Part shown: in pieces, positions 43,821 through 56,402 of the stretch
Layout: each line of letters begins with the position of its first letter
Position numbering within the stretch: position 1 is the stretch's first letter
From: Heterodontus francisci
Lineage: Eukaryota
Direction: 5' to 3'
Assembly (NCBI RefSeq): GCF_036365525.1
Contig: NC_090395.1
Location: 36,864,155-36,928,154, forward strand
Length of the DNA stretch: 64,000 bases
Notes under the pieces: model-generated
What the model was told of the DNA's origin: nothing
The model's input: the letters and a program-made list of their open reading frames with translations, nothing else
Databases searched by the model: none
Position numbers and translations under genes: made by a program

Positions 43821-44703
43821 TGTTACGACTGCAGCGGGAGCAATGCACTGTCAATTCAGGCCCGTTACTCCACAGGTCGCAGCATATTAAGCTTTCACAC
43901 CCAATCAGAAAAACAGCCAAATTAAACACGCTAGTGACCCAGAATGAAACAGACCAAACCAGGTATCTTTAGACAACAAGTTAACTATTTATTAAAAAAT
44001 CTAAATCTTAAACACTATTAAGATAAACTTATGTCTCAAGCCCATTATAAAACTTATTTTAATGTAACTCCCCATTCACACACACACTCACACACACACA
44101 CTCACAGTTAACCGGTTTTAAAAGTGGAGATTTTCAAACTAGCTGTCTCTTAGGAATAAATAAAATAAGAAAGTCTTTGCATGTTACATTCCTGCTGGAT
44201 GAGGTCTTCTAATGTGGAAATAGTCAAAGGTCACTGGAATTCTTCATCCGGATTTGATGAAAATAGTCCTTCAGAAGATAGGCATTCAACTCTTCGGCTG
44301 CAACAAGCAATTAAACAGTTCTTTGAACGATGAGCACAGCAATTCAAACGGTGTCTTGAAAAAGAAGGCTTTTCTTCTTTACTCAGGGAATTAACTTGGC
44401 TTGTAGCTTCTTGTAGAATTTTCTGCTGAGAGGAAATAGACAGCTTTCTTTCTCTTCAGTTCACCTCGCTGGAAAGTCTCTCAGAACTAACTAGTTTCTG
44501 TCAGTTCCACACAGTCAAGTGAACACATTGCACCATGTGACTTCTCTCTCCTGCTGTTGCCCAGGGTAACAGAAAATGCAGCTGTGGCACATTGTCTCTC
44601 CAGAATGTTCTCTCCCTTAAAGGTGCACTGTTTTTAACAAACTCTTAAAGGCGCACACACTGTTTTTAATCTGAGGAGAAAAAATAATTACAGGTCCATG
44701 GCA
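43821..44703 (-). mobile_element. Solo LTR (Gypsy-type)
   Basis: TGTTACGAC...CCATGGCA with 4-bp TSD AAAG (43817-43820, 44704-44707); minus-strand AATAAA at ~43990; X-box GTTGCCCAGGGTAAC at 44556. Confidence 0.8.
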
Positions 44704-46014
44704 AAAGTCACTTCAATCTTGTTAGAGTCTTTTTCATTGAAACAAAAGCCAGGTAAATATTGATAAATCATAATCATTTAAAGATCTTTTAAGTCACTTC
44801 AATCTTGTTTTTAAAAAAGTCAGGCAAATAAAATCCATTTAAGAAGTCTGATAAGCTATGCTAAAAAGTTACATACCAGCAATAAATAGAAATCAACATT
44901 TAAAATGTCTGCACTCACCTATAAAAGTTCCCTCCAGCTGCTGCTCATGCCTCCTGGAATCGGGGAGCTGCTGAACACAAAAGAAAAAACCCTCCCTGAG
45001 CAGGCTCTGTGCCTGATAATACCAGCTGTAAACAAACCCACGTAAAACTCAGCATTAGTTCCAAATTAATGAACCACGGGTCCCTGCCACTTTAAAAAGC
45101 AGGTTGGCAGGACCCATCAGTGGAGGCTACTCTGGAGCGTAATTTCACGTATCACAACTTCCAGTTTTCGACACAAGCGTGCACATGTGTGCAGTCAGCA
45201 GTTGCAGTGCTGTTGTGACTCTCAATAGTGTTCGCCACTATTGGGAACGCAAAGTCCAACCCTCTGTTTCTCTTTCCAAAGATGCTGTCTGACCTACTAA
45301 GTATTTCCAGCATTTTCTGGTTTTCTTTCAAATGTAATTCTATGCGGCTCTAAAGTAAATAGAACAAGGTTCTTGAGTCTATCTAAGAAACTGAGCTGCT
45401 TTAAGCTAGGAATCATTCTTCTAGCTCGTCTCTAGACCTTTTTCCAAGGCTACTATATCACCCGTTATGTGTGGGGACCAAGCTATGCACAGCACTCCAA
45501 ATGCAGTCTGACCGGCGACCTGCACAGTGTATTAGCCCTTGCATTACGAACCTGTTGTCAAAACATCTCAGAAACTTTCTTTAAAACTAGCATAAGAGGT
45601 GAAGGACTGTGTAAGTGTGGCACATGATTGTGCTCAATGGTTAACTTGAAATTGAGTATTCCTAAGTATAATCAAGTGCTAAATGAGCTAATTGATTTAA
45701 TTGTAAGCAAAATTCCTTCCCAGTGCCTCTCATAATGGAGATATTAATGTTCATGTAGTGAAGTGATTTTGAAATTGTGTATGGTAATGTTCCTTCAGTG
45801 GCTTAAAGGAGAAATTACTGTGGAGACAGGGTTGATATTGAAGCATGCAGATTGATGGTCTTAAATTCCTTGTGTATGTTGAGCAAACTGATCTTTGCAG
45901 AGAAGGTAATAAGGTGGTGCAGTTATATCCTTCGGTTAGGCAGTAAAAAAAAAATTCCTTATGCCTACTTCTGACTGTTCATTGCTGCTACATATGTTGA
46001 TGTCAGGTGAGGAC

Positions 46015-47055
46015 AGGATCATAGGAAATAGGAGCAGGAGTAGGCCATTCGGCCCGTTGAGCTTGCTCTGCCACTCAAACAGATCATGGCTGATCATCTA
46101 CCGCTATGCCATTTTTCCTCACTATTCCCTTGATGTCGTTAGTATCCAGAAATCTATTGATTCCTGTCTTGAACATGCTCAACGATTGAGCTTGCTCAGC
46201 CCTCTGGAGTAGAGAATTCCACAGATTCACCACCCTCTGAGCAAAGAGATTCCTCTTCATCTCAGTCTTAAATGGCCTACCCCTTATTAGACTGTGTCCC
46301 CATGTTTTAGACTCAACAGCCAGAGGAAACATCCTATCTACATTCACCCTGTCACGCCCGGTAAGAATTTTGTAAGTTTCAATGAGATCACCTCTCATTC
46401 TTCGAAACTCGAGAGAGTACAGGCCCAGTTTCTGCAATCTGTCCTCATAAGACAATCCCATCATCCCAGAGATTAGTCTGGTGAACCTCCGTTGCACTGC
46501 CTCTATGGCAAGTATATCTTTCCTTAGATAAGGAGACCAAAACTGTACACAATACTCCAGGTGCGGTCTCACCAATGCTTTATAGAATTGAAGCAATACA
46601 TCTTTACTCCCGTACTCAAATTTCCTTGCAATGAAGGCCAACAAACCATTGCCGCCTTAATTTTTTGCTGCACCTGTATACTAGCTTTTAGTGACTCATG
46701 AACAAGGACTCTTTGGACATCAACACTTCCCAACTTCTCACCATTTCAGAAATTCTCTGCCTTTTTGTTTTTTCTACCAAAGTGGATGACTTCACACTTA
46801 TTCACATTATATTCCATCTGCCATGTTCTTGTCCATTCACTTAGCCTGTCTGAATCCCCTTGAAGCCTCCTTACTTCCTCCTCACAACTCACATTCCCTC
46901 CTAGTTTTGTCATCTGCAAATTTGGAAATATTGCAATTGGTCCCCATATCCAAGTCATTTATATAGATTGTAAACAGCTGTGGCTCAAGCAGTGATTTTT
47001 CTGGTACCTTGCTAGTAACAGCCTGCCATCCTGAGAATGACCATTTATTCTGACT
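46015..47055 (-). mobile_element. CR1 3' fragment
   Basis: ORF 46084-46644 '[15 protein letters not shown]...RRMRGDLIETYKIL'. Confidence 0.9.
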
Positions 47056-48879
47056 CCCAGACTAGGAGGCGGGTTTGAGCTTTATGATGCCTCCCCCAGT
47101 TGAATAGGCTGTTGGCGTTCATTGTCTTGGCACACATGAAAAGTTACTGCTTGCAATTCTGGAGCTGTACTCTATCATGAATCCTCTACCTTCAGGGGCG
47201 AAAATAGGAGGTGGGTGGGGGAGGGAATAAAGGATTGTGTATGTGGCATTGATTTTCGGCCTTCAGTCTATGTTCCTGTCAGTCAACCAGGATGAAGAGC
47301 ATCAATCGGAGGAATATTTGTGAAATTGATTTTTCCCTTAGGCAACTGAACTCCCTCATAATGGCTCTTAATAGAATTCTTTTTACTTTTTAGTTTGTAG
47401 TTTATTGTATCTGTAACCAGTAGTTCAGAAATAAAAAGTTCGGCTTGCAGATTCTTAATTGTTTTAATAATCTTCCATCTTGAACTGAGAACCAGGAGTC
47501 TTTTGCAGTGAGCTCTGTTCGTGTAGCTAGCTTATAGGTTTCATTTTTCTAAGCTTCCCAATCCTTCTAGTGATCTAGACTCTGAACCAGAACATGCATG
47601 AACACTTCTGCAAAAATTTGAAGCATCTGTAAGAAGCACATGAATGGAGATTTGAATTGAGCTCTTTAAGTCATCTCATTTGAATTCAGTTCTGTAAAAC
47701 CAGTTGAAATTTTCCTCTTGGCCAAACCTATGTTATCAACTAAATCAAGATCCAAAAAGCAATGAGATATGTTTGTAGTTACCCTGCTAACTTCATATTT
47801 TGTTATGCAATTGTCTTCATTGTTAAAAAGTAAATAACAGGAATAAGCATTTGATGTGTTGTAAATATTGACCTGTATGATTTTCTTAACAGTATTGTAG
47901 ATTCACAGGGGGTGGGAGGAGCTACAATTCTATCTTCCAATCGCTATTAAGATCATAGAACGACTGTATTTATGCTGACGCCAACACCTTCCCCCCCCGC
48001 CACCCCCCACCACTTCACCTTTCTCTGTATACTTGTGGCACATCTTTCTCTGGCTGAATGGAAGGTAGGTGGTACCTACTCAAGCGTCCAACCATGTTAT
48101 TTATTTAGCTGTTGGAAAGTGCACAATAGCACTCAGCAGTCGGGGATGACTCGACCTCTGATTCTTCCCCCTCCCCAAGTACACATCCAATGTTACTCCG
48201 AGAAAACTACTTTCTTTGCTCATTAGCTGCTCTTAAGTTCAGACAAAATATAGAACTCGCCATTTAGGGAACTGAAAGTGCAACTTTTCTCCTGTCACTT
48301 GCAAGTGCTGTTTGTTAGTACAACAATGAGGTACATCATCAGGTGGCAGTCACTGTCATGAATACTGGACATTTTGCAGTATTGGAAGACAGCTGACACC
48401 TGTGAAACTGTACTCCAGTGAAGAAATTAGGGCCTTGGGGAAGAGAAGAGGCAAAAATGCACAGGATAGTAGTACAGGACAGAAAGTGCATGCTAATGGT
48501 GAGTTTTGTCTACCAGCCATGCATGTGGTGAATGTGCTGGTGTGCATTAGTAAACATATGACCAAATGAAATTGACAGGCAGGAAAGAGCAGCTGGTCCA
48601 ATGAGCCTGCCTCACGCCATGATGGCTGGAGTGTCATGGCTAAACACTCCCCTGCCCCCAAAAAACAGACATATAATAATAATCTGGGGAAAAATACTTC
48701 GACCCCCTCAGATGATTGAAACAAATCCTGGAGATCACATGGACACATAGATCACATTTTGCATCAAATTTACGATGTCTCTTCATAAATGCACCTTCAA
48801 CTTAGGGAAAAATTTACTACAATTCTGCTATAAATAATGCAATATTTATTTTTAATTTTTGGTTTTTTTTTAACATCTC

Positions 48880-49180
48880 TACTGTGAGCCATCTTCTTTA
48901 GGGTGCAGTACCTCAGTAACTGTATATCAGCTCAAACAGTGGATGCCAGCAGTCTATTTCCCCAGGATCACACCACAGCCTAGCCAATCCTATCCTCGCC
49001 TAATGTGTACGTATACACACTTTTCAGCAGGAGTCACTAAAAGCAATCGTGATTGGGAATACTGGCTGAATGTTTTATTCACTCTCCCCAATGCAGGGAT
49101 GTTGAGGCCAGTTGAAGTTTGCTCTTTGCTGACAACCATTAACTGAGGACAGACCTGGGTAACTTGCTGCTCTTTATAGG
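48880..49180 (-). mobile_element. Ancient tRNA-derived SINE (related copies ~47050-47300, 47990-48200, 51565-51900, 58600-58900)
   Basis: Recurrent degenerate blocks (AATCAGCCAG, GATTGG..CTGTGATG, GCTCACTG). The copies at 51565 and 58600 have A/B-box-like heads. Confidence 0.5.
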
Positions 49181-50711
49181 GGAAAGTCTTTGCTCGAGTC
49201 GCTCTGAACAGGCTCCAGAAGCTGGCCGAGCGCGTCTACCCTGAGGCACAGTGTGGCTTTCGTGCAGAGAGATCGACTATTGACATGCTGTTCTCCCTTC
49301 GTCAGATACAGGAGAAATGCCGTGAACAACAGATGCCCCTCTACATTGCTTTCATTGATCTCACCAAAGCCTTTGACCTCGTCAGCAGACGTGGTCTCTT
49401 CAGACTACTAGAAAAGATCGGATGTCCACCAAAGCTACTAAGTATCATCACCTCATTCCATGACAATATGAAAGGCACAATTCAACATGGTGGCTCCTCA
49501 TCAGAGCCCTTTCCTATCCTGAGTGGTGTGAAACAGGGCTGTGTTCTCGCACCCACACTTTTTGGGATTTTCTTCTCCCTGCTGCTTTCACATGCGTTCA
49601 AATCCTCTGAAGAAGGAATTTTCCTCCACACAAGATCAGGGGGCAGGTTGTTCAACCTTGCCCGTCTAAGAGCGAAGTCCAAAGTACGGAAAGTCCTCAT
49701 CAGAGAACTCCTCTTTGCTGACGATGCTGCTTTAACATCTCACACTGAAGAATGCCTGCAGAGTCTCATCGACAGGTTTGCGTCTGCCTGCAATGAATTT
49801 GGCCTAACCATCAGCCTCAAGAAAACGAACATCATGGGGCAGGATGTCAGAAATGCTCCATCCATCAATATTGGCGACCACGCTCTGGAAGTGGTTCAAG
49901 AGTCCACCTACCTAGGCTCAACTATCACCAGTAACCTGTCTCTAGATGCAGAAATCAACAAGCGCATGGGTAAGGCTTCCACTGCTATGTTCAGACTGGC
50001 CAAGAGAGTGTGGGAAAATGGCGCACTGACACGGAACACAAAAGTCCGAGTGTATCAGGCCTGTGTCCTCAGTACCTTGCTCTACGGCAGCGAGGCCTGG
50101 ACAACGTATGCCAGCCAAGAGCGACGTCTCAATTCATTCCATCTTCGCTGCCTTCGGAGAATACTTGGCATCAGGTGGCAGGACTATATCTCCAACACAG
50201 AAGTCCTTGAAGCGGCCAACATCCCCAGCTTATACACACTACTGAGTCAGCGGCGCTTGAGATGGCTTGGCCATGTGAGCCGCATGGAAGATGGCAGGAT
50301 CCCCAAAGACACATTGTACAGCGAGCTCGCCACTGGTATCAGACCCACCGGCCGTCCATGTCTCCGTTATAAAGACGTCTGCAAACGCGACATGAAATCG
50401 TGTGACATTGATCACAAGTCGTGGGAGTCAGTTGCCAGCATTCGCCAGAGCTGGCGGGCAGCCATAAAGACAGGGCTAAATTGTGGCGAGTCGAAGAGAC
50501 TTAGTAGTTGGCAGGAAAAAAGACAGAGGTGCAAGGGGAGAGCCAACTGTGCAACAGCCCCAACAAACAAATTTCTCTGCAGCACCTGTGGAAGAGCCTG
50601 TCACTCCAGAATTGGCCTTTATAGCCACTCCAGGCGCTGCTTCACAAACCACTGACCACCTCCAGGCGCGTATCCATTGTCTCTCGAGATAAGGAGGCCC
50701 AAAAGAAAAAG
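49181..50711 (+). mobile_element. Young RTE-clade (BovB-like) LINE, 5'-truncated
   Basis: Stop-free frame from the insertion point to 50655; TSD ATAGG at 49176-49180 and 50712-50716; short A-rich tail. Confidence 0.95.
49285..50655 (+). CDS. RTE reverse transcriptase + C-terminal Cx2C-x12-H-x3-C zinc finger (TE ORF, N-terminally truncated)
   Basis: 'FIDLTKAFDLV', 'GVKQGCVLAPTLF', 'LLFADD', 'YLGS', 'RRLRWLGHV' and 'CSTCGRACHSRIGLYSHSRRC'. Confidence 0.9.
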   Translation: MLFSLRQIQEKCREQQMPLYIAFIDLTKAFDLVSRRGLFRLLEKIGCPPKLLSIITSFHDNMKGTIQHGGSSSEPFPILSGVKQGCVLAPTLFGIFFSLLLSHAFKSSEEGIFLHTRSGGRLFNLARLRAKSKVRKVLIRELLFADDAALTSHTEECLQSLIDRFASACNEFGLTISLKKTNIMGQDVRNAPSINIGDHALEVVQESTYLGSTITSNLSLDAEINKRMGKASTAMFRLAKRVWENGALTRNTKVRVYQACVLSTLLYGSEAWTTYASQERRLNSFHLRCLRRILGIRWQDYISNTEVLEAANIPSLYTLLSQRRLRWLGHVSRMEDGRIPKDTLYSELATGIRPTGRPCLRYKDVCKRDMKSCDIDHKSWESVASIRQSWRAAIKTGLNCGESKRLSSWQEKRQRCKGRANCATAPTNKFLCSTCGRACHSRIGLYSHSRRCFTNH

Positions 50712-50988
50712 ATAGGTCAGTACCACAACAGATTGTACTGTGTCTTGTTGAACCCCAAAAGAACTTCATTGTAAATCTCACCTGTTGGTTACACATTTCC
50801 TGTTTTTACCACTAACAGAGCCAGTACTTGTGAGTTCTCCTGCCATGCTGTCTGAGAGGGGCTCCACAAGGATTCATGACAGTGTGGGAAAAGAATGACA
50901 AATACTGTTTGCAAGAGTGCACAGAAAGACAGAAAGACATTTAGCTCCAGAGCATTCAATAGAAAATGCCTATGTGCCCATACTCACA

Positions 50989-51540
50989 TGATTAGATTAG
51001 ATTAGATTAGAGTAGTAGGGGCGTGGAACGCCCTGCCTGCAACAGTAGTAGACTCGCCAACTTTAAGGGCATTTAAGTGGTCATTGGATAGACATATGGA
51101 TGTAAATGGAATAGTGTAGGTCAGATGATCGGCGCAACATCGAGGGCCGAAGGGCCTGTACTGCGCTGTAATATTCTAATTCTAATTCTAATTAGATTAG
51201 AGATACAGCACTGAAACAGGCCCTTCGGCCCACCTAGTCTGTGCCGAACATCAACCACCCATTTATACTAACCCTACACTAATCCCATATTCCTACCAAA
51301 CATCCCCACCTGTCCCTATATTTCCCTACCACCTACCTATACTAGTGACAATTTATAATGGCCAATTTACCTATCAACCTGCAAGTCTTTTGGCTTGTGG
51401 GAGGAAACCGGAGCACCCGGAGAAAACCCACGCAGACACAGGGAGAACTTGCAAACTCCACACAGGCAGTACCCGGAATCGAACCCGGGTCCCTGGAGCT
51501 GTGAGGCTGCGGTGCTAACCACTGCGCCACTGTGCCGCCC
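50989..51540 (-). mobile_element. Full-length HE1-type SINE with (CTAAT)n tail
   Basis: Reverse complement of 11220-11562; perfect B box GGTTCGATTCC. Confidence 0.92.
51013..51190 (+). mobile_element. CR1/HER1 3'-end fragment inserted into the SINE tail
   Basis: 'VVGAWNALPATVVDSPTLRAFKWSLDRHM', CR1 3' UTR and (ATTCTA)n tail; flanked by ATTAGATTAGAG on both sides. Confidence 0.85.
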
Positions 51541-52489
51541 TAATGATCTAATTACCTGAACTGCAGTCGGATGGCTTAGTGAGAAAGTACACTAGATTGT
51601 GTAGAATTGGGCCACGTAGAGGAGGAAGGTTCTGGGTTTGATCCCTTTTCTTGCTGATTTCTGATCTCTAATGGGCCATTTTAGGTTTATTACAATTAGC
51701 CTTAGTGGTCCTAAATTTGCAGTCTGATGATCACTGCTGAAACATTTGTACATTTTGATGCTGAATGTGAATGGGAATGGGATTGGAATTGGGCCCCTGG
51801 CATTTTATAGCCTGCTCACGTCTGCTGTCTAGGTTCAAATGCATTTTGTTTTTAAAAATGCCTGCTTAGTTTCTACTGACATCCATTGAACTATACTACA
51901 GTTTGAATTGCTGCCATATTGAATGGAATTCCTTTGCTAGACTCGCTTCAGTACTTTGTCCATTGTCTCTATAATCCTCAATCTATTAGTCACAAATTTA
52001 TTATTTTTCTATCCAGGCCTCTTTCCACTCAGGTAGCTGTTGATGTATAATAAAGACCTTCATTAAATTACTGTTAATCCAAAATCTCTTACTGGAGTAT
52101 TGCATTTGTGAAGACAGTAAAATTGAAATTTTTTTAAAGTTAATTAATTAACAGCTTACATTAGTTGACAGCCAGCTGTCTGTGTGCTCAGTGTTGTTCT
52201 CATTTCTCAATTTGGCTTCAACTACAGAAGTACACAGACGTATTTTGTCGAACCACATATAAAGCCCGCAGTTTCCTCCAAGAAGATTTGCTGATGTGGA
52301 GGATACCTGTATGGTTTGGAAGTCTAGCGTAGCATGTTTTGCTGCAACTGTTCAGTTCAATAAAATAACAGCTTGTACTTACATTGTGCCTTTAACGAAA
52401 AACAATGTCCCAAGTTGCTTCACAATTGCATAATCCAGGCTCCAAGCCAGAAGTTTAGTGTAAGAGATGGGTTTTAAGGAGGGTCTTGT

Positions 52490-55062
52490 TTGATTAGTGC
52501 CAACACACTTGGAAGCTCTGCCTTTGAGAGGACTGCCACATTTGTGATTTTGTCCTGCTAGGATATACCCATAATGCGCCGCAAACAGCGAAGATTGAAA
52601 TTATTGAGCTTCTTTTCTTGGTCGCTGTAAGTTGCCCATGCTTCATCGCCATGCAGCAAGGTGCTGAGAACACAGGCCTTATAAAGCATCAGCTTGGTCC
52701 TAAAGGTCAGCTTAGTGTTAGCCCATGCGCGTTTTGTGAGTTGGTCAAAGGTGATAGCTGCTTTCCCTATGCGTGTGTCAAGCTCTGCATCAGGGGACAG
52801 ATTGTTGGTCACTGTGGGCCCAAGGTAGCAGGATTTGCTAACCACTTACAGTTTGGTGTAATTTTGTGTGATCAGGGGTGGAGATGCAACACCTTGTGCC
52901 ATGACCATGGTTTTCTCGAAGCGTATAGTCAAGGAGAACATATTACAGGCATGGGAGAGACAGTCCAAGAGTCTTTGTAGCTGAGTTTCCGTGTGAGCGA
53001 CTAGCGCAGCATCATCAGTGTAGAGGAGTTCTCTGATCAGGACGCAATGTGTTTTTGTCTTCGTTTTCAGCCTTGATAGATTGTAGAGCTTGTCGTCTGA
53101 CCTAGTGTGCAAGTAGACTCCTTCCATATCTGCAGGGAAGGCGAAGGTCAGCAGCACGGAGAAGAAGATGCCAAACAGAGTAGGGGCTAGGACACAACCC
53201 TGTTTCACTCCATTCTTCACTCCGAAACGTCAGAAGTGGAGCCATCAAACTGTACAGTGCAGTGCATGTTGTCATGGAAGGAGCAGGTGAGACTGAGGAG
53301 CTTTGGTTGACAGCCAATTTTTCCCGAAATCTTATAGAGCCCTGCTCAGCTGACAGTGTTTAATTTTTTATTGAGATCTACAAAAGTAAGGTAAAGGGGT
53401 ATACTATGTTCCCTACACTTCTCTTGTAGTTGGCGTATGGAGAAGATCATATTCATAGTAGATCTGCCGGCACGGAAACACTGTGCTTCAGTGTACACTC
53501 AGTCTGCAAGTAAATGGAGTCTTTTAAGTATGACCCTAGCAAAGGCCTTCTCCGTGATGCTAAGGAGTGAGATGCCCCTGTAGTTGTTGCAGACTCCTCT
53601 GCCGCCTTTGTTTTTGTACAGTCTGTTGATTTTGGCTTCTATATCTCCTCTGGAACAGAGCCTACTTTCCAGCAGAGAAGGAGAAGGTCACAAAGGTGTG
53701 GCAATAGATGGGACTTACCATGCTTGAGCAGATCAGCTGGGATTCCATTCGCTTAGGTGGTCTATGGCCTTCTCGAGCTCCAGTGATGAGGGTTCTTCAT
53801 CTAACTCATTCATGACAGGAAGTAGATATCTGACTCACAGGAGTACAGTTCACGGTAGTGTTCAGCTCAGCGGGACATCTGTTTACTTCTGTTGGTGTGT
53901 ACTTCACAATTTGACGACTTCAGGGGAGCAACTTTGGTGATAGCAGGGTCAAGCGCCATCATGATCCCTTTGTACATACCTCGTAGATTTCCTTTGCTGC
54001 ACGCAGTTTGGATTTTCTGACATAAGCTGATCCAGTGTTTTGTTTGCACAGTATCTCCCTCTCCTTTGCACAGTTGTCTTGGCTGCTTTCAGGTCGTGCA
54101 GTGTCTTAGCTGTTAGGTTTATGTTGTGCATCATGTTGGCTTTGTTTTTTGCATCAATGACAGATAACATCTCAGCTGAGTAGGTCTCAAGCCAGCCCTT
54201 CTTGTGGGTTCCACCTTTACCAAATGATGCTTCTGCTGCTTCATAGATGATTGAGTTTAGTGACTTCCAAGTTTCATCGATGCCAGCATTGGTGCTTCCC
54301 ATTAAGGCTTTGGTGGATAGCAAGAGTTTTAGCGACAGTGCGAAGCGCTGGGATTTGGCATCATTGCTTATGCAAGGGATGTTGGTGCGTGCAGGGCCGT
54401 CATGTCTAGTGCTGTGGAATTTTTGGGGGTGCACCTTCACTCTGCTGCTGATAAGAGAGTGGTCGGTGTCGTAATCTGCGCTACGGTAGGTGTGGGTGTA
54501 AAGAACACTGGGCAAATCATGCCTTCTAGTTGTTGCCACTATTCTGACCTTGGATAACACCTTGATACCTTCCGGCAGTGTCTATCCTGGAAGAAGGGGT
54601 TGGTGCTGAAGCATTTATTCAGCGCACAAAGCTCAAGAAGGCGTTGTCCGTTATCATTGATCGTTAACCCCATGACAACCGAGGCACATGAATCATTGTC
54701 TTCCCCAACTCGTACATTGAAGTCACCCAGGATGAATAGCCTCTCGCCATTTGGGATGTGCCTCAGAACGTCACCTAGGGAGTCATAGAAATGTTCTTTA
54801 TCAGAGTTGGTGTTTATCTTTATCAGAGTTGGTGCGTGGACGTATATGATGTTGACTGTGCCTCTGTCAGATGACTCCGGTGCTCCGAAGTTGCTACTGG
54901 TGGCTCAATTGACTGTTAGCTGGAGGCTCACTGCGAAGCCTACTCCATGCTCTCTGCGATCTTCACTGTTTCCATGCCAGTAGAAGGTGTAATTAGCCTC
55001 TCAGATAGAGCTTGTGTCGGCTAATCTGGTTTCTTGTAGAGTGACAATGTCGACGTCATGCT
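52490..55062 (-). mobile_element. Older RTE LINE, near full-length, heavily decayed (EN + RT)
   Basis: 'DVDIVTLQETRL...YTFYWHG', 'ILGDFNVRVG', 'DTDHSLI', 'GVKQGCVLAPTLF' and 'LLYTDDAAL'. Confidence 0.9.
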
Positions 55063-55139
55063 TGTGGGATTATGGGATTGATGGTACGGCCATGAATAAC
55101 CGTGTGTGGGGATTGGTGGAGGGCGGGGTGCGGGCAGGA

Positions 55140-56270
55140 GAATGCATGAGGCGAAAGTGAAGAATGTTTGGGTGGGTGGCTAGTTATGGGACTGGAGACA
55201 ATTAGAGGTGAAAGAGTGAGGTCATGAAGATTTTAAAAATGAGGATGAAGATTTTAAATTGGAGGCATTAGGGGATTAGTGAGGACAGGGGTAATGGTGA
55301 ACGTGATGGTGCGCATTTGATGGGAAAGAAGAATTTTGTATGACTTGAAATTTCAAATTTGTAACTGCCTAACCTTTGGGATCTATTTACCATGATTCCT
55401 CCATAGCTGTCAATTTACTCAAGTACTCCGTAACCTTGTCCTTAGCAAAACCTTTTACTGTCTCGCATCCCCTTGGTATGGATCCCTTCTTCATCACTCA
55501 AGTCCAAAGGACATAGACTTCAACTTATCTGGCATACGATTGGCTTTGCCATCCATCACTAGATCTAGCTGGACTATGTAAAGCTCTACTGCGGCTCATT
55601 CTTCTTTGCTCCCATGCTAGGTGATATGGTAAATGGTTTTCTCTCTGCTGGAACTCCCATTCAAAAAGCACCATCACCATGCCCTTCTCTAAAAAAAAAT
55701 CCTCGACCCCTCTGTCCTTGCGAAGTATTGCCCCATCTCCAAAGTATGTTTCCTCTCCAAAGTGCTTGAACATGCTGTCACTTCCTAAATTTGTTCCCAG
55801 CTTTCCAATCAGGTTTCTTCCCTGCCACAGTACTAAAATGGTCCTAATCAAAGTCACTAATGTTTTCTCTGCATGACTGTGGTACATTATTCCCTCAACT
55901 GCTTGCAGCCTTTGATGCAGTCAACAATAACAACAACTTAAATTTATATAGCACCCTTAACATGGTAAAATGCCCCAAGGTGCTTCACAAGAGCAGTTTC
56001 AAACAAACATTGACACCTTGCCACATAAGGAGATATTAGGGCAGATGACCAAAAGCTTCGTCAGAGGTAAGTTTTAAGGAGCATCTTAAAGGAGGACAAT
56101 GAGGCAGAGGGGTTTAGGAAGGGAATTCCAGAGTTTAGAGCCTCGCTTGCTGAAGACACAGCTGGCAGTGGTGGAGTGATTAAAATCGGGGATGTGCAAA
56201 AAGCCAGAATTGGAGGAGCGCAGGTATGTCGGAGGATTGTAGGGCTGGAGAAAGTTACAGAGTTAGGGAA
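55140..56270. mobile_element. L2-like LINE fragments on both strands
   Basis: Plus-strand 'QSGFLPCHSTKMVLIKVTN' (~55805-55865) and a minus-strand L2-type 3' end with (AAC)n tail at ~55925-56270. A similar tail is at ~52365-52490. Confidence 0.65.
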
Positions 56271-56402
56271 GACAGCACCTCTGACAGTGCAGCACTCCCT
56301 CAGTACTGCACTGGAGTGTCAGCCTGGATATTTGTGCTCAAGTCTCTGGACTGAGACTTGAACCGTCTGACTCAAAGCCCAGCTGAGCCACAACGGACAC
56401 TG
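56270..56402 (-). mobile_element. Deu-domain SINE 5' part
   Basis: ACAGCACCTCTGACAGTGCAGCACTCCCTCAGTACTGCACTGG...GAGACTTGAACC...CTGAGCCAC. Confidence 0.75.

Larger units (their letters stand above)
37952..45261. mobile_element. Large Harbinger-derived element (Myb/SANT gene remnant, no transposase seen) hosting many nested TEs
   Basis: TIR-like ends GAGCCTGGATTTTGC / GCAAAGTCCAACC with a CTC duplication (37949-37951, 45262-45264); it splits a Penelope pseudo-LTR. Confidence 0.7.

Noticed and set aside
51723-51745. CTGATGA...GAAAC hammerhead-like core
   Set aside because: No consistent stem II leaving GAAA free and no stem I/III pairing; lies in an old SINE, so likely chance.
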